From positions 16,492,001 through 16,556,000 of the forward strand of contig OX597841.1 of the NCBI GenBank assembly GCA_951406725.2: a stretch of 64,000 nucleotides of DNA, given 5' to 3'. The notes beneath the pieces are model-generated. The model had not been told where the DNA came from. It made no database searches and was given only the letters and a program-made list of their open reading frames with translations. The translations under genes and the position numbers were made by a program. This DNA is from Octopus vulgaris (taxonomy: Eukaryota). Every line of letters starts with the position of its first letter. Within the stretch, counting starts at the first letter, position 1. This document shows positions 30,687 to 46,678 of this stretch, in pieces.

Positions 30687-30977
30687 GCATCTCTCTCTCA
30701 CTATATATTTACATACTTATGTACATATATATATATATATACATATATACATAAATATATACTTGTATATATATATATACGTGTGTGTGTATGCCCCTGT
30801 ATATGTGTGTATAAACTGTTCTATGTCTCCCCCGCCTCCCAAAACAAAACTGTGTGTCATTAATTAATTAAGGTGATAAAAAGAGACCTGAAGATAAAAA
30901 AAAAACGCATACTGACAGGAGATACTTCACCAGCAAAATTATGTGTTAGAAATGCGCACATCTATATACATACATAG

Positions 30978-31085
<108 letters not shown>

Positions 31086-31145
31086 TGTATAAGCCCATAT
31101 GAATGTATATTAAGATACACGTGTATATGTATGTTTTGTGTGTGA

Positions 31146-31180
<35 letters not shown>

Positions 31181-31266
31181 TATATGTGTGTGTGTGTGTA
31201 TATTGTATAAGCCCATATGAATGTATTTTAAGATACACGTGTGTATGTATGTTTTGTGTGTGAGTG

Positions 31267-31318
<52 letters not shown>

Positions 31319-31676
31319 ACTATATCTAGATATGTAAAAATGTATATGCATGCACATACTTGTTGATATATTAGTAAATATCTGGAGTGAATGTATATGC
31401 ATATGTATACATACATACATTCATTCATATATATATATAGATATATATATGAAAATATGTATATGTACATGTATGTATATACGTACGTAGTTATATATAT
31501 ATGCACATATAGAAACAAATAAATAGAGAGATTTAGGTAGATATACGTATATAATATATACCTATATATTTATATGCGTATATGCATACGTATATAATTA
31601 TACTTGTTTATTGATGAATACATACATACATACATGTATATATATACGTATACTAACATAAATGAGTATATATATA

Positions 31677-31707
<31 letters not shown>

Positions 31708-31951
31708 ACATATACACACATATATATACATACACATACATATATATATATACTAACATAAATGAGAATATATATATATATACATACATACATACATACA
31801 TATATATATATATATATTTATATACTAACATAAATGAGTATTTATATATACACATAGCGATACGTACCTCTATAAATATATACATGCATACATATATTTA
31901 TTATACACAGGTTTCTGCTTGAGTTTGTGTATGTGTGTGTGTGTGTGTGTA

Positions 31952-31982
<31 letters not shown>

Positions 31983-32175
31983 TCATGTGTGTGTGTGTGT
32001 GTGTGTGCGTGTTCATGTGTGTTGCGACAGCTATGTGTTTCATTCGGACATGATGGCTGCGATGAGGCAGACTGCGTTCATTTTCTTCACTTTGTCTGAC
32101 TGGAATGAATTGGTGCTTTAAATCAGGCTCAGACCTTCTACATGTTTGTTCTCATTCAACATGCATATATAGAAG

Positions 32176-32515
32176 GGCGGCGAGCTGGCAGAAACGTTAG
32201 CACGCCGGGCGAAATGCTTAGCGGTATTTCTTCTGCCGCTACGTTCTGAGTTCAAATTCCGCCGAGGTCGTCCCTGCCTTTCATCCTTTCGGGGTCGATT
32301 AAATAAGTACCAGTTCCGCACTGGGGTCGATGTAATCAACTTAATCTGTTTGTCTGTCCTTGTTTGTCCTCTCTGTGTTTAGCCCCTTGTGGGTAGTAAA
32401 GAAATAGGTATTTCGTCTGCCGCTACGTTCTGAGTTCAAATTTCGCCGAGGTCGACTTTACCTTTCATCCTTTCGGGGTCGATAAATTAAGTACCAGTTA
32501 CGCACCGGGGTCGAT
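32176..32515 (+). mobile_element. SINE family A dimer (full copy plus head-truncated copy)
   Basis: Junction gaaatagg|tatttcgtctg at 32408, same as at 15150. Confidence 0.9.
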
Positions 32516-32865
32516 ATATATATATATATACATATATATATATTATTTTCAGAATTTTCTTTGGTAGTGCTGTGAGACACTGGAAGCAGAAACGGCTGTT
32601 AATTCGGATAAAGTTTTGTATTAAAAGACAATCGATGCCTAATAATTTGTTGTTCATGAATTATTTATCCATTTTCTGCTTAATTTAAATTTCATTCCCG
32701 ACAAACTCTTGTTTATTTTTGTTATTGCATGTTTCCTATGAGCAGAATTTGCTTGCATAAGTGTGCCCAAATTTAACATATGTAATTTATACCGGTAGTA
32801 AAACGCATATTCTTATCCCTTAAACGGTTCTTCCAACCGCTAACTCTACTAACCTATATATATAT

Positions 32866-33173
32866 GTGGAGGCGCAATGTCCTAGTGGTTAGGGCAGCGG
32901 ACTCGCGGTTGTAGGATCGCGGTTTCGATTCCCAGACCGGGCGTTGTGAGTGTTTATTGAGCGAAAACACCTAAAAGCTCCACAAGGCTCCGGCAGGGGG
33001 TGGTGATCCTCTGCTGTACTCTTTCACCACTCTTTCTCCCACTCTTTCTTCTGTTGTCCTGCTCGCTTAGCCAGCGGGGTGGCGTCATTCGAAGGCTAAA
33101 ACAAAGCGAAGGCATTGTGACCAGCGATGTGTAACTACATCTGATGGACTGGTCGGTCACGTGATCACGTGAT
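32866..33173 (+). mobile_element. SINE family C, third 3'-body variant
   Basis: Same head and 5' body as 22880 and 46289, different 3' part ending gtcacgtgatcacgtgata. Confidence 0.82.
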
Positions 33174-33369
33174 ATATATATATATATGAATACATATACA
33201 CATACACATATATATACATACATAGGTATAGAGAGAGAAAGATTAATCGATAGATTGATAGATAGAGATATATAGAGATAGATAGACAGATAGATGGATA
33301 GATAGATAGTGAGAAAAAACTTTAAGAGTGTAGTCGTAGGGAGATATTATTAATCAAAGAATGTCAAAA

Positions 33370-33770
33370 CCGGTGTGCCTAGAAACTATTCAGAAACGTA
33401 GTCTGTCAGCGAAACTTTGATAAGAGCACTTTTTCCGTCGAAGACCTATCGCTGGCCGCTTACAGTATATAGATCTGACCCTTCCTGATCAGTTGAAGTA
33501 TAGATTAGCTTCAAGATGATATCCCATGTGCTGGGATGTAATTTTTATTATGTTCCTCTCTTTCTTTCTAGCGGAATTGAAAGTCATGTAAATTTTCCGT
33601 AGCCTGAATGTGTAAATATGTTAGTAGCATTGAATCTTGAAAGTGATTGCAGTTATTCTTGTGTAATCCTATTCAGCCTTTTTATGTGGTGTTTTGCACG
33701 TAGGTAGCATTTTGAAACAGAATTCCCTTTGACTGTGAAAGTAACATCGTAACCGGACAAATATGCCTGC
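33370..33770 (-). pseudogene. Possible highly decayed Penelope GIY-YIG region
   Basis: Scattered peptides (IGL, SRFN, HNKNYI..WDII, TEKVLL, LN..RH) in the expected order, but many frameshifts. Confidence 0.3.
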
Positions 33771-33777
33771 ACTCCCA

Positions 33778-33836
<59 letters not shown>

Positions 33837-34226
33837 TTCAAGAATAAGTAAGCGAGTGCAGAGGCAACTTATTTTAAGGGATGAGCCCGTTAAATTTTTT
33901 ATTCTGTTAAAAGCACACCTGTAATGAAATCAAACGTAATTAATATTTGATATATGGGTTTCTTATGCAGCAATTTAGAGGAGACAGGTCTTTGATCTTG
34001 AACTCATTGTCGGATATAAAAGGCATTCCTATAATTTTCAAGAGAGGTTTGGTCATATGCTTGCACCTGGACAATACTCGAATATCACTGAAAATGTATT
34101 ATTTCTCTGTGATGTTTCTCTGTCGCTTTTCTATGAAATGTCTAATATGGGAATCTTAAACACGCACACACACACACACAAACACAAACACACACATACA
34201 TACAGATGTATATGTACATATATATG

Positions 34227-34269
<43 letters not shown>

Positions 34270-34681
34270 TATATATATATATGTTATATATATATATCCA
34301 CACATATACGAATAGTAAAAATATATCTGCACAAATATATCTGTATATGTATACTTGTACCTATACATACATTTACATATATATATATGTACATATACAT
34401 ACATTCTTACACAGACATATATTATAGTAGGATGTCGTGTGTGTTTTTTGAAGCATATATTTGTATATAGATATGTATATATATATATATATATACATAT
34501 GTATATATATATATAGATATGTATATATATGTATATATATATGCATATACATATGTATATATATGTATATATATATATGCATACACATGTATGTATAATG
34601 AATGTATAACGAAATACATCTACAAATATATATGTATATGTGTACACACACACATGCATATATACATATACATACATTCAT

Positions 34682-34725
<44 letters not shown>

Positions 34726-35327
34726 CGTTTTCATATACTGCTTGTTTCTTCCTTTATTTTATGGTTATACGTGAAATAAAATACAAAATGCCAACCATCC
34801 AACAGCTCTTTTCAATACACTTCACTACCATGAGCTCCGTCTCCACTATCACCATCATCACCATCGTCGTCATTATCATCATCATTCCCCAAACCATCAT
34901 CATCATCAGCATTACGATCAACATCGCCATAATCATTATAATCGAGAGCCCTACTTTTTTTTAAACATTTTTCTCTTCTCGTTTTTCTTTCCTTTTTGGG
35001 CGAGATTTCCTTTTAAGTGTCAATCGTCATTACTTGTTTATAAATCGAGAAATAAAGAAGGGGTAAAAAAAAAAACAACAAAAAAAACCCAGCTGAAAAG
35101 GGACAGGGAACTCAGCCTAGCAACAAACTAACAGCAGACACGCACGAAAAGACGGTCGCCATTGTTATGTGTTGAATGCTCAAACAAAGATTTTTTAACG
35201 TCAAACATTCGGCGAAAAATATCAAAACTCGTCAATAACGACAGAAAAAATTGAAGGAGAAATATAGAAAAAATATTGGTTTGTCAGATAAATTGCTTCG
35301 TTATTTAGTTTTCTGTTTTTATTTGTG

Positions 35328-35367
<40 letters not shown>

Positions 35368-35641
35368 AGGCTTTTGTGTTTCGTACTTGGCTGTCCGTCG
35401 TCATATGTCTGAAAAGTGGTAGAATTTATTCAAATTTGTAAAAAAAAAAAAGCGATAACCAAAAGTCGTAGTAGAAAGAATATAGCTGCAAAAAAGAAAC
35501 AACAAAAAATTGTAAACAGAACTCATAAAACACGACTGAAAATATTTTTCCTGTTAATTCAAATATCATTGGAAAGAAACGAATGAATTTATCTGACCAC
35601 CAATGTCTACTTGTATACATACATACATACATACATACATA

Positions 35642-36245
35642 CATTCATTCATTCATTCATTCATTCATTCATTCATTCATTCATTATGGCTGCTCACTCG
35701 TTATCGAGTATGGCCATTGCACGAAGCTTAACTATTACTGGTGCTGTGATCGAATGTGACTTTTTAGCCCAGCTAAAATTGGCAACTAAAACCTTTACTG
35801 GTAATAACCGTCTGTAGTTGTAGCTGGGCTTCATGTACCTTTGCATGTCGTTTAAGTCCTCCTGCCGAATTACACTCCCTTCAACATGCCCGACAGATAT
35901 GATTAGTATGGTGTGTTACACCACCACCAGTGGCCAGGTTGTCACTCATCTGTCTCGTTTTATGACTACGAAGATGACTCTTGAGTCCAGCTTTACTGAG
36001 GCAGGGTCTTGCACAGACATTGCATGTCAGAATCAAAGGAAGACCCTTCCCTTCTGGAAGTGTAACAGCGATGTCCTTCCTAACATCCCTCCTTACTTTC
36101 TCATGTGCAACTCGAGATTTCTCAAACGTGGCTGTCCCCTCATGCACAATCCTTCTCCACCTGCTACGATCAATAGCTATGCCTTCCCATGTGTCAGGAG
36201 AGATGCAAGCATCTCTTAAGGAAGCCTTCAGAAAGTCCTTGTAGA
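35642..36245 (-). mobile_element. RTE (BovB-like) LINE 3' end with C-terminal C2H2 finger and (GAAT)n tail
   Basis: YKDFLKASLRDACISPDTWEGIAIDRSRWR...CNVCARPCLSKAGLKSHLRSH; (TTCA)n at 35642-35684 on +. Confidence 0.88.
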
Positions 36246-36269
36246 TACATACATGCATACATACATGCA

Positions 36270-36540
36270 GATGTGGAATTCAGCTGCCCAGCGGATGTTA
36301 ACATAGAGCTTAGAAATCAGCGAAAAAGAAAATCTTCAGATACTCTATCCAGATTTCAAGTTCAGGTTTATACCTGTAATTATTGGGACTCTGGGTTATG
36401 TAACACACTGCCTAAATACTAATCTTGAAAAATTAGGTTTCTCAAAACCAAAATGGAGAAAGCTGATGCAAAGTCTACAGCTCCAATCCATCACTGGAAC
36501 TGTAAAAATCTGTAAAACTTTCCAGAAGTTTATCATTTAC
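36270..36540 (+). mobile_element. R4/Dong-like restriction-like endonuclease C-terminal fragment
   Basis: VEFSCPADVNI..ISEKEN..LQILYPDFKFRFIPVIIGTLGYV...LQLQSITGTVKICKTF. Confidence 0.75.
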
Positions 36541-36556
36541 GTTTATATGAGCATGT

Positions 36557-36945
36557 CTTCATCATCATTGTTCGACCGTGGTCGAGACAATGGAATTTAC
36601 TATGATACGCCAGACTTCACGGTCCATCATAGCATTACGGAGGTCCTGTTGCTGGAAGCTTGTATCCCTGGAGATTACATCAGGGTAGGAGAGTGTGCGC
36701 CCTCTGGTATCGCGAGTAGATGGCTTCCAGAGGACAAGAGTAGAAATTACTTCTTTTTCAGCTCTACAACAATGTCCAGCAAACTGGACTCTCCTACCTT
36801 TCACAAGAGATGACACAGGTGGTAGTTTCCCATATATTTGTATTTTGGTTGGATGACACTTCCACGAGAGATTTTGAGCTCTCATGAGGAGGCGAGTGTA
36901 GGTTCCATCCGACCACCTCTCAAGCTTCTTTGATAGCTTCTTTGT
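36557..36945 (-). mobile_element. RTE/RTE-X LINE 3' end with (TGA)n tail
   Basis: DGTYTRLLMRAQNLSWKCHPTKIQIYGKLPPVSS...QFAGHCCRA...AMMDREVWR. Confidence 0.88.
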
Positions 36946-37412
36946 ATAGTTCTTATCCAGGTATCTGAGCCGAAACGCTAGAATTGGTTTGAGTGACGTA
37001 TCGGTTGTTAATCAGATGGCTTCGGGAGGACAAATACAGATAAACAAACACACACACACATACATACATATATGTCAATAATACTATTCCACAGCCATAC
37101 CAACAATCCGACAATAGTCCATCATCAGCTGCCCCACGGATATCATTATGGTTTCGACACCAGGGCAGAACCATTCAATCCTGCGGTGTGAACAGCACTA
37201 AATAAGTGTTGTTTGTGAACAAACAAACCAAACACAGCATAACTTTCAAACACATTTACCCAATGTAATGTTGTGTATCGATAAATAAATTCAATAAGTA
37301 AATTACAACCACTCCTAAATTGGTAATATATATATGTGTGTATATATATATGTGTATATATATATGTGTATATATATATATGTGTGTATATATATATATA
37401 TGTATGTATATG

Positions 37413-37443
<31 letters not shown>

Positions 37444-37783
37444 GTATATATGTATATATGCATATATATATATGTATATATATATATGTATATATGCATA
37501 TATATATATGTATATATATATGTATATATGTATATATATGTATATATATATATGTATATATGTATATATGTATATATGTATATATATATGTATATATGTA
37601 TATGTATATATGTATATGTATATATGTATATATATATGTATATATGTATATGTATGTATATATATATATATATGTGTGTGTATGTATATATACGTATGTA
37701 TGTATATGTATATATATATGTATATATGTATATATGTAGATGTATGGTATATATATATGTGTGTATATATATATATACATATG

Positions 37784-37820
<37 letters not shown>

Positions 37821-37843
37821 GTATGTATATACATATATGTATG

Positions 37844-37891
<48 letters not shown>

Positions 37892-38459
37892 CATATATAT
37901 ATGTATATCTATATCTATATACATACATATATGTATGTATGTATGCATGCATTTATATGTATATTGCACTGTCAAACAAATTCCATTTTTTTCCTGTTCT
38001 GTCTTCTTTATGTGTCTGAGTTGAGGTAACATTTATTCAAATTTCCAAAAAAAAAACAAAAAAACAAAAAAGAAAAGACATAGAAACAAAATTTGTAGAG
38101 GAAAAATAGAACAACAAAATATTATTTTTTTTATAAAAACAAAAAACTCCCATAAAATTCTATGATAAAATTATTTATTTTTTTTTTGCTTTAATTCGTA
38201 TTACATCTGGAAAGGACGAAAATAAATGGAAATCAAGTCGACAAAAAAAAAAAGCGAGTGAACTTATCTGACAATCGAATAGGGGAAGACGAATGAACGA
38301 GGGACTTCAAATGGACTCCTTTATTGCATCTAGGCAAAGAAATGACAGACTCATCAGAAGCGGCTGATAGAATATCTTGCAAGCGTTTGTTCTGATGTTT
38401 TCTCTTTGTGTTCGGGGTTCAAATCCAGCCGAGGTCAGTTTAAGATTTTTTCTGGGGTT

Positions 38460-38717
38460 TTTTTTTTCTTCTTCTTCTTCTTCTTCTTCTTCTTCTTCTT
38501 CTTCTTCTTCTTCTTCTTCTTCCTGTTCTCTTCTGGTTTTTTTTCTGTTTTTTCTTCTTCTTCTTCCTGTTCTCTTCTGGTTTTTTTTTTCTGTTTTTTC
38601 CTTCTCTCTTTCTGTTCTCTTCTGTTTTTTCTTCTTCCTTTTTTTTTTTTTGTTTTTTTTTTCTGTTTTTTCTTCTTCCTGTTTTTGTTTTTTTCTTTTT
38701 CTTTTCTGTTTTTTTTC
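38460..38717. repeat. (CTT)n and T-rich polypyrimidine tract
   Basis: Direct reading. Confidence 0.9.
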
Positions 38718-38971
38718 CTGCGTCGATGAAAAGATTAAGAATCCAAAGCGACAGACTGGAGGAAAATTCTGTGAGAGGATTGAAATGATTGCTTTTATGG
38801 TGTGTGTGTGTGTTTGTGTGTGTGTGTTTTGGTGCAGGTGTGTGGTTAAGATGCTCGTTTTGCAACTACATGGTTCCAGGTTCAATCACGCTGCGGGATA
38901 TTTTGGGGCGAGTGAGTTTTGTGGGCGCTAACGGTGTGGATACCCACGATGCCTGTACGTTTGTATGTATG

Positions 38972-39002
<31 letters not shown>

Positions 39003-39120
39003 GTATGTATGTATGTATGTATATTTATGTATGTATATATGTATGTATATGTATATATGTATATACATATATACATATATATATATGTATATATATATGT
39101 ATGTATATGTATATATGTAT

Positions 39121-39195
<75 letters not shown>

Positions 39196-39371
39196 GGTAT
39201 GTGGTTATGTCTGTCTGTCTGTGTGTGTGCAACTACATGGTTCCAGTCTGTTCAATCACGCTGCGGGATATTTTGCAGTGCGAGTCCTGAGTTTTGTGGG
39301 CGCTAACGGTGTGGATACCTTTGGTACCATGTCAATGTACATATGTATTTGTATATATATATATATATGCC

Positions 39372-39419
<48 letters not shown>

Positions 39420-39436
39420 CATATGTTCAGGTGCAA

Positions 39437-39502
39437 ATGGGAGCCACATGCCGGATAAATGGGTGCCACATGCCGGATATATGGGTGCCACATGCCGGAT
39501 AA
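39437..39502. repeat. 22-bp tandem repeat x3 (atgggtgccacatgccggataa)
   Basis: Units at 39437, 39459 and 39481. Confidence 0.95.
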
Positions 39503-39807
39503 CGAAATGATTTCAAAGCAACAAGAAATGAAGTGTTTTGGTGAAGAACACTGCGCAACGTCCGGTCTGGGAATCGAACGCACGACCTCGCAATCTTGAC
39601 AGAGAACGAGATTTACACACGCGCATATATATTCTATAGTTCATTTACTTGTCTCAGTCAATGGACTGCGGCCATACTGGGGCACCATCTACAAATCGAT
39701 ACCAATACATTCTCATGCACGAGACTCACCTATCAGTGTTTTCCTCTTCCCACACCTCTCTATCAATCAGAATGTTTACTCTCTCTATCTCTCCTCCTCT
39801 CACGTAT

Positions 39808-40492
39808 CCACCACCACCACCACCACCACCACCACCACCACCACCACCACTACTACCACCACCACACCACCACAACGGCAACCACCACCACAACGGCAAC
39901 CACCACCACCACCATCACAACCACCACCACAACCGCTACCACCACCACAACCACCGCCACCACTACCACCACCACCACCACAACCATCATCACAACCACC
40001 ACCACAACGACAACCACCACCACCATCACAACCACTACCACCACCACCACCACCACTACCACCACCACCACCATCACCACTACCACCACCACCACCACCA
40101 CCACTACCACCACCACCACCATCACAACTACCACCACCGGCACCACCACCACCACAACCACCACCACTACCACCACCACCACCACCACCACCACCACCAC
40201 CACCACCACCACCACCACCACCACCACCACCACCACTACCACTACCACCACCATCACAACTACCACCACCACCACCACCATCACAACCACCACCACCACC
40301 ACCACAACCACCACCACCACCACCACCACCACCACCACCACCACCACCACCACCACCACCACCACCACCACAACCACAACCATCACCACCACCACCATCA
40401 CAACCACCACCACAACCACCACAACCACCACCACTACCACCATCACAACCACCACAACCACCACCAGGACCACCACAACCACCACCACCACC

Positions 40493-40523
<31 letters not shown>

Positions 40524-41049
40524 CCACCACCACCACCACCACCACCACCACCACCACCACCACCACCACCACCGGCACCACCACCACCACAACCACCACC
40601 ACTACCACAACCACCACCACAACCACCACCACCACAACCACCACCACCACCACCACCACCACCACCACTACCACTACCACCACCACCACCACAACGACCA
40701 CCACCACCACCACCACCACACACCACCACCACCACCACCACCACCACCACCACCACCACCACCACAACCACCACCACCACCACAACCACCACCACCCCCA
40801 CCACCACCACCACCACCACCACCACCACCACACACCACCACCACAACCACCACAACCACCACCACTACCACCATCACAACCACCACAACCACCACCAGGA
40901 CCACCACAACCACCACCACCACCACAACCAGCACCAGCACCAGCACCAGCACCAGCTCCACCACTACCACCACCACCACCACCACCCACCACCACCACAA
41001 CCACCATCACACCACCACCACCACCACCACCACCACCACCACCACCACC
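39808..41049. repeat. ~1.24-kb imperfect (CAC)n trinucleotide tract
   Basis: Direct reading; gives poly-T/H/P and poly-V/G/W pseudo-ORFs. Confidence 0.97.
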
Positions 41050-41624
41050 GCACTTACTCATATCCTCCTCAGCTCCTTCATCCTTCTAATCCTCTCACTA
41101 CGCCTCATCCTCCTTCATGAGCCTCCTCTTCCTGCTCCCCATCCGTTCATTTGTTAAAAAACCTATCTGCGTCTTCCGCCACGCTCTCTCCACCTCCCAC
41201 TTCTCCTCTGGTTCGGTTGCTACTCCCTTCTTGTCGTTGAGCTACGCACGCTCTTCACAGCCGCAGCCGCCATTCCACCAAGCTCACGATGCATCTTTCT
41301 CGACCACAGTAATACTCAGAATGGTTTCCTGTGGTATGATTTAAAAGGTCACGTGTGTACATACATGCGTATTACAAAGTATGTGTGTTAATGGTTGAGT
41401 GTGTTTATGTGTATACACACAGACAGACACACAGACATACATAATATGTATGTCTACGTATACATTTGTATATACATAACTGGATTTGTATGATATATAT
41501 ATATATGTATAAATATACCTTTATATATATATATAAATATAATACATATATATTTATATATATATATATACATACATATATATATACATATACATACATA
41601 TATATATACATATATATATTTATA

Positions 41625-41664
<40 letters not shown>

Positions 41665-42265
41665 CATATACATATACATATATTTATTTATTTATATATA
41701 TACATATATATATATTTTTATATATATATATACATATAAATATTTATATATATATACATATACATATACATATATATATATATATTTATATATACATATA
41801 TATATATATTTATATATACATATATTTATATATATATACATATACTTATATATACATATATATATACACATATATATATATATAGATATGCGTATATATA
41901 CGTTAGTGTCACTACGCTATATATTTGGGGTATTTGTGTATGAGGGCACGTATGTATATGTAATGGCATGAAAGCATATATTCACAATATATATATATAT
42001 ATTCATGTGTGTGTGTGTGGGCGCGTTTTTAAACGCCCATGTATGTCCATTTGAATAAGCCTACGTACACACACACATGTGGGCAACATTAAACTCTGCT
42101 TATTAGCATTGCAAGTATTAGTGAGCTTAAATGAATTGAAAACCCATATATTCAGGACGAGCGTGATGTTTGAGCGTCGGCCCGTCTGTCTGTGTGTCTG
42201 TGTCGACGTATGAAGAGATATATAAATCATATGCTTAAACTCAAACATATTTACATATATATATA

Positions 42266-42344
<79 letters not shown>

Positions 42345-42612
42345 GTATGTATATATATGTACGTATATATATGTACGTATATATATATATAATATATATA
42401 TATTTATATATATATAAATGTATGAATGTATGTATGTATGTATATATATGTATGTGTATATATATATGTTTATACATATATATGTATGTATATATAGAAA
42501 TACGTATATATATACATGTATGTATAGATATATATATATATATATGTGTATATATATATATATATATAGATATATATATGTATAGATATATGCATATATA
42601 TGTAAATATGTG

Positions 42613-42730
<118 letters not shown>

Positions 42731-42890
42731 AATATGTGTATGTATATATATATATATATATATGAATATATTTGTATACATATATATCTATGTATATACA
42801 GCCATGAATGTATATATGTATGTATGTATATAGCTACGTTTCTGTCGCAATATTTAGATACACTCGACAATTAAAATCATATAGAATACG

Positions 42891-42934
<44 letters not shown>

Positions 42935-43279
42935 TATACGCTCGTATACATATGTACGAATGTACATACACACACAGGCACACAGACACGAACACATAAA
43001 CACGCACATAAACGCGCACACACACATATTTATATATAAACAGTCATATACACAAATACAGATACGTACATACGCACACCAGCACTCACACATACACACA
43101 ACCGTTCACCCACACTCTCTCATACACACACACACGCACACGCACACTCATCTTATACACATACACACTCATACGCGCAAATACACATACATAAAAGTAC
43201 TTGCACACAGCAACACTCCTATATACATACAACCCTTTATACACTCTCTCATACACACACGCGCGCACGAACACCCATC

Positions 43280-43315
43280 TATATATACACACATCTGTAT
43301 GTATACACACACACA

Positions 43316-43362
<47 letters not shown>

Positions 43363-44240
43363 TCATATACACATACACATCTATATGTCTACATACAGAC
43401 ATCTATATGTATACGCACACAGCTATATGTATACACATATATCTATATTTACACACTCGTATACACATACACATCTATATGTATACACACAGACATCTAT
43501 ATATACATAAACGCATCTGTATGTATACGCATACAGCTATATGTATACACACACATCTATATGTATGCATACCCATATATACACATCTATATGTATATAC
43601 ACACATCTGTATATGTGTACACACACAGCTATATGTATACACACACAACTATATGTATACACACCCATATATACACATCTATATGTATATACACACATCT
43701 ATATATGTATACACGCACAGCTATATGTATACGCACACACATGTATATGTGTACACACCCACATACACACACATCTATACGTATACACACACATATCTAT
43801 ATGTATACACAACCAAAGCTATATGGATACACACATCTATATGTATACACACCCTTATATACACATCTATAAGTATATACACACAGCTATATGAATACGC
43901 ACACAGCTATATGAATACGCACACACATGTATGTGTACACACCCACATACACACACACCTATACGTATACACACACACATCTATATGTATACACACCCAT
44001 ATACACATACACATGTATATGTATACACACAGATATCTATATGTATACACATGTCTATATGTATACGCACACAGCTATATGTACACACACACAGCTATAT
44101 ATATACACACACATCTATATGTATACGCACACATCTATATGTATACGCACCCATATATAGACATCTATATGTATATACACACATCTATATATGTATACAC
44201 ACACACATCTATATGCACACACACACATATCTATATGTAT
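43280..44240. repeat. Degenerate minisatellite (acacatctatatgtatac / acagctatatgtatac)
   Basis: Recurrent ~18-20-bp units derived from CA/TA microsatellite. Confidence 0.85.
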
Positions 44241-44644
44241 ACACAACCATATACACAAACACACATGCGCACATGCACCAACGTACATACACACAGCAGC
44301 ACTCGTATATACATACACACCGCTCCCCAAACACATGCCATATACGCACGCCTTGAAATAAATACACACAAAACGAAGTCCCATAAACACACATACACAC
44401 TTTAACACTCACATTTAATTTACCACACACATACACACACGACGTCTACACCAAAAACATGATTTACAATAATTACACAAAATGATAACGAGCCAATTAA
44501 AATGGCGACGCGTAGAGGATGACAAGCAAAAACGTATTATAAATGGCCGCAATCAAATGAGCATAGATTAGAGAAGCGTTGCTAGAGTCCTCTCAGGAGT
44601 TTTCTTAGTGATAAAGTGTTTATATATTTTCTTTTGCTGGTGAC

Positions 44645-44700
<56 letters not shown>

Positions 44701-44718
44701 GCGTGTAAACATGCATGC

Positions 44719-44760
<42 letters not shown>

Positions 44761-44868
44761 GTGTGTGTGTATGTGTGCGCGCGTGAGTATGTATATACAT
44801 ACGTAAATGCATAGACACCCTTGCGTATATCTACATATGTGTGTTTCAATATATGTATATACGCAAGG

Positions 44869-44945
<77 letters not shown>

Positions 44946-44964
44946 CATATATATATACATATAT

Positions 44965-44999
<35 letters not shown>

Positions 45000-45128
45000 C
45001 ATACACATATATATACATATATATACACATATATATACATATATATATATATACATATATATATATACATATACATATACATATACATATATATATATAT
45101 ACATATATATATATACATATATACATAT

Positions 45129-45195
<67 letters not shown>

Positions 45196-45607
45196 TATAT
45201 GTGTGTTTGTGTGTAAATGTAGATTGATAACTAGAGATTTGGGTGTATGGGCGTGTTTATAGATAGGAAGAAAGTTCAGAGGATAGATATTTAGAGATTG
45301 ATTAATTAAAAGATGGTCGCTCCTTGTCCCTCTCCCTACCTGCCTCCCTCCAATTCTTTCTCTCTCTCCCTCCCTCACACACCCCACGTACATATATATA
45401 TGTGTGTGTGTATATATATATATATGTGTATATGTATATATATATGTAGGTAATATATATATGTAATATATATATATATATATATACATGTATATGAATA
45501 TACACACACACGTGTGTGTGTATATATAGATATATATCGATGAATACAGACATATATACATTTATTCATAGAAAGACATAACTAGATAGATAGATAGATA
45601 GATAGAT

Positions 45608-45639
<32 letters not shown>

Positions 45640-45661
45640 GTAGGTAGATAGATAGAGAGAT

Positions 45662-45702
<41 letters not shown>

Positions 45703-45715
45703 GAGATAGATAGAT

Positions 45716-45760
<45 letters not shown>

Positions 45761-46288
45761 GAGAGAGATAGGTATGTATGTAGATAGACAGATAAATAAA
45801 CAGACAGAAAGACAGATAGATAGATGTATTGATAGATAGATGATGGATAGATAGAATGACAGAAAATAACGTAGTTATATTTATGGATATTTCAACGGCG
45901 AAACTCAAAAGACATGGATTTTGATAGATTGACTGCAAAACGATGAAACCTAGAAATAGATACTTTGGAGCCGATATGGATACGTTAAACAACGTTATAT
46001 CTCATTAATACATTCGTTAGCCTTCCTTACCGCTTCCCCCACCGTCTCACTCACTAGCTTTACATATATATATGTGTGTGTGTGTGTCTGTGTGTGTTGG
46101 GGGTTGTATATACAGGGTTGTACAAAATAATGGAAACACCTTAAAATTTCAAACAAATTTATTTTAATGTTGGGTAGGACCGCTTTTGGCAGTAAATACA
46201 GCTTGGATTCTACAAGGTATGGACTCGTACTAAGTTTGAAGTGTTTCCAAAGGAATTTTTGCCTATTCTGCTAAAATAGTCTCAGATT

Positions 46289-46678
46289 GTGGAGGCGCAA
46301 TGGCCCAGTGGTTAGGGCAGCGGACTCGCGGTCATAGGATCGCGGTTTCGATTCACAGACCGGGCGTTGTGAGTGTTTATTGAGCGAAAACACCTAAAAG
46401 CCCCACGAGGCTCCGGCAGGGGATGGTGGTGATCCCTGCTGTACTCTTTCACCACAACTTTCTCTCACTCTTACTTCCTGTTTCTGTTGTACCTGTATTT
46501 CAAAGGGCCGGCCTTGTCACACTCTGTGTCACGCTGAATATCCCCGAGAACTACGTTAAGGATACACGTGTCTGTGGAGTGCTCAGCCACTTACACGTTA
46601 ATTTCACGAGCAGGCTGTTCCGTTGATTCGGATCAACCGGAACCCTCGTCGTCGTAACCGACGGAGTGCTTCCATCCC
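46289..46678 (+). mobile_element. SINE family C, full length, in Tc1
   Basis: 11-bp TSD agtctcagatt at 46278-88 and 46679-89; near-identical to the 22880 copy. Confidence 0.93.

Noticed and set aside
32550-32606. gaatt...tgct/agca-GAAA-cggctg-TT-aattc
   Set aside because: No CTGANGA core; at most a heavily decayed ribozyme remnant
37095-37165. Minus-strand GAAA...CTGATGA (type II hammerhead order)
   Set aside because: Stems II and III do not pair
39437-39502. CRISPR-like short repeats
   Set aside because: Contiguous tandem units with no spacers, in eukaryotic context
39596-41157. ~500-aa poly-Thr/His/Pro ORFs (mucin- or extensin-like)
   Set aside because: Arise from the (CAC)n tract, open in several frames on both strands, and begin in SINE debris
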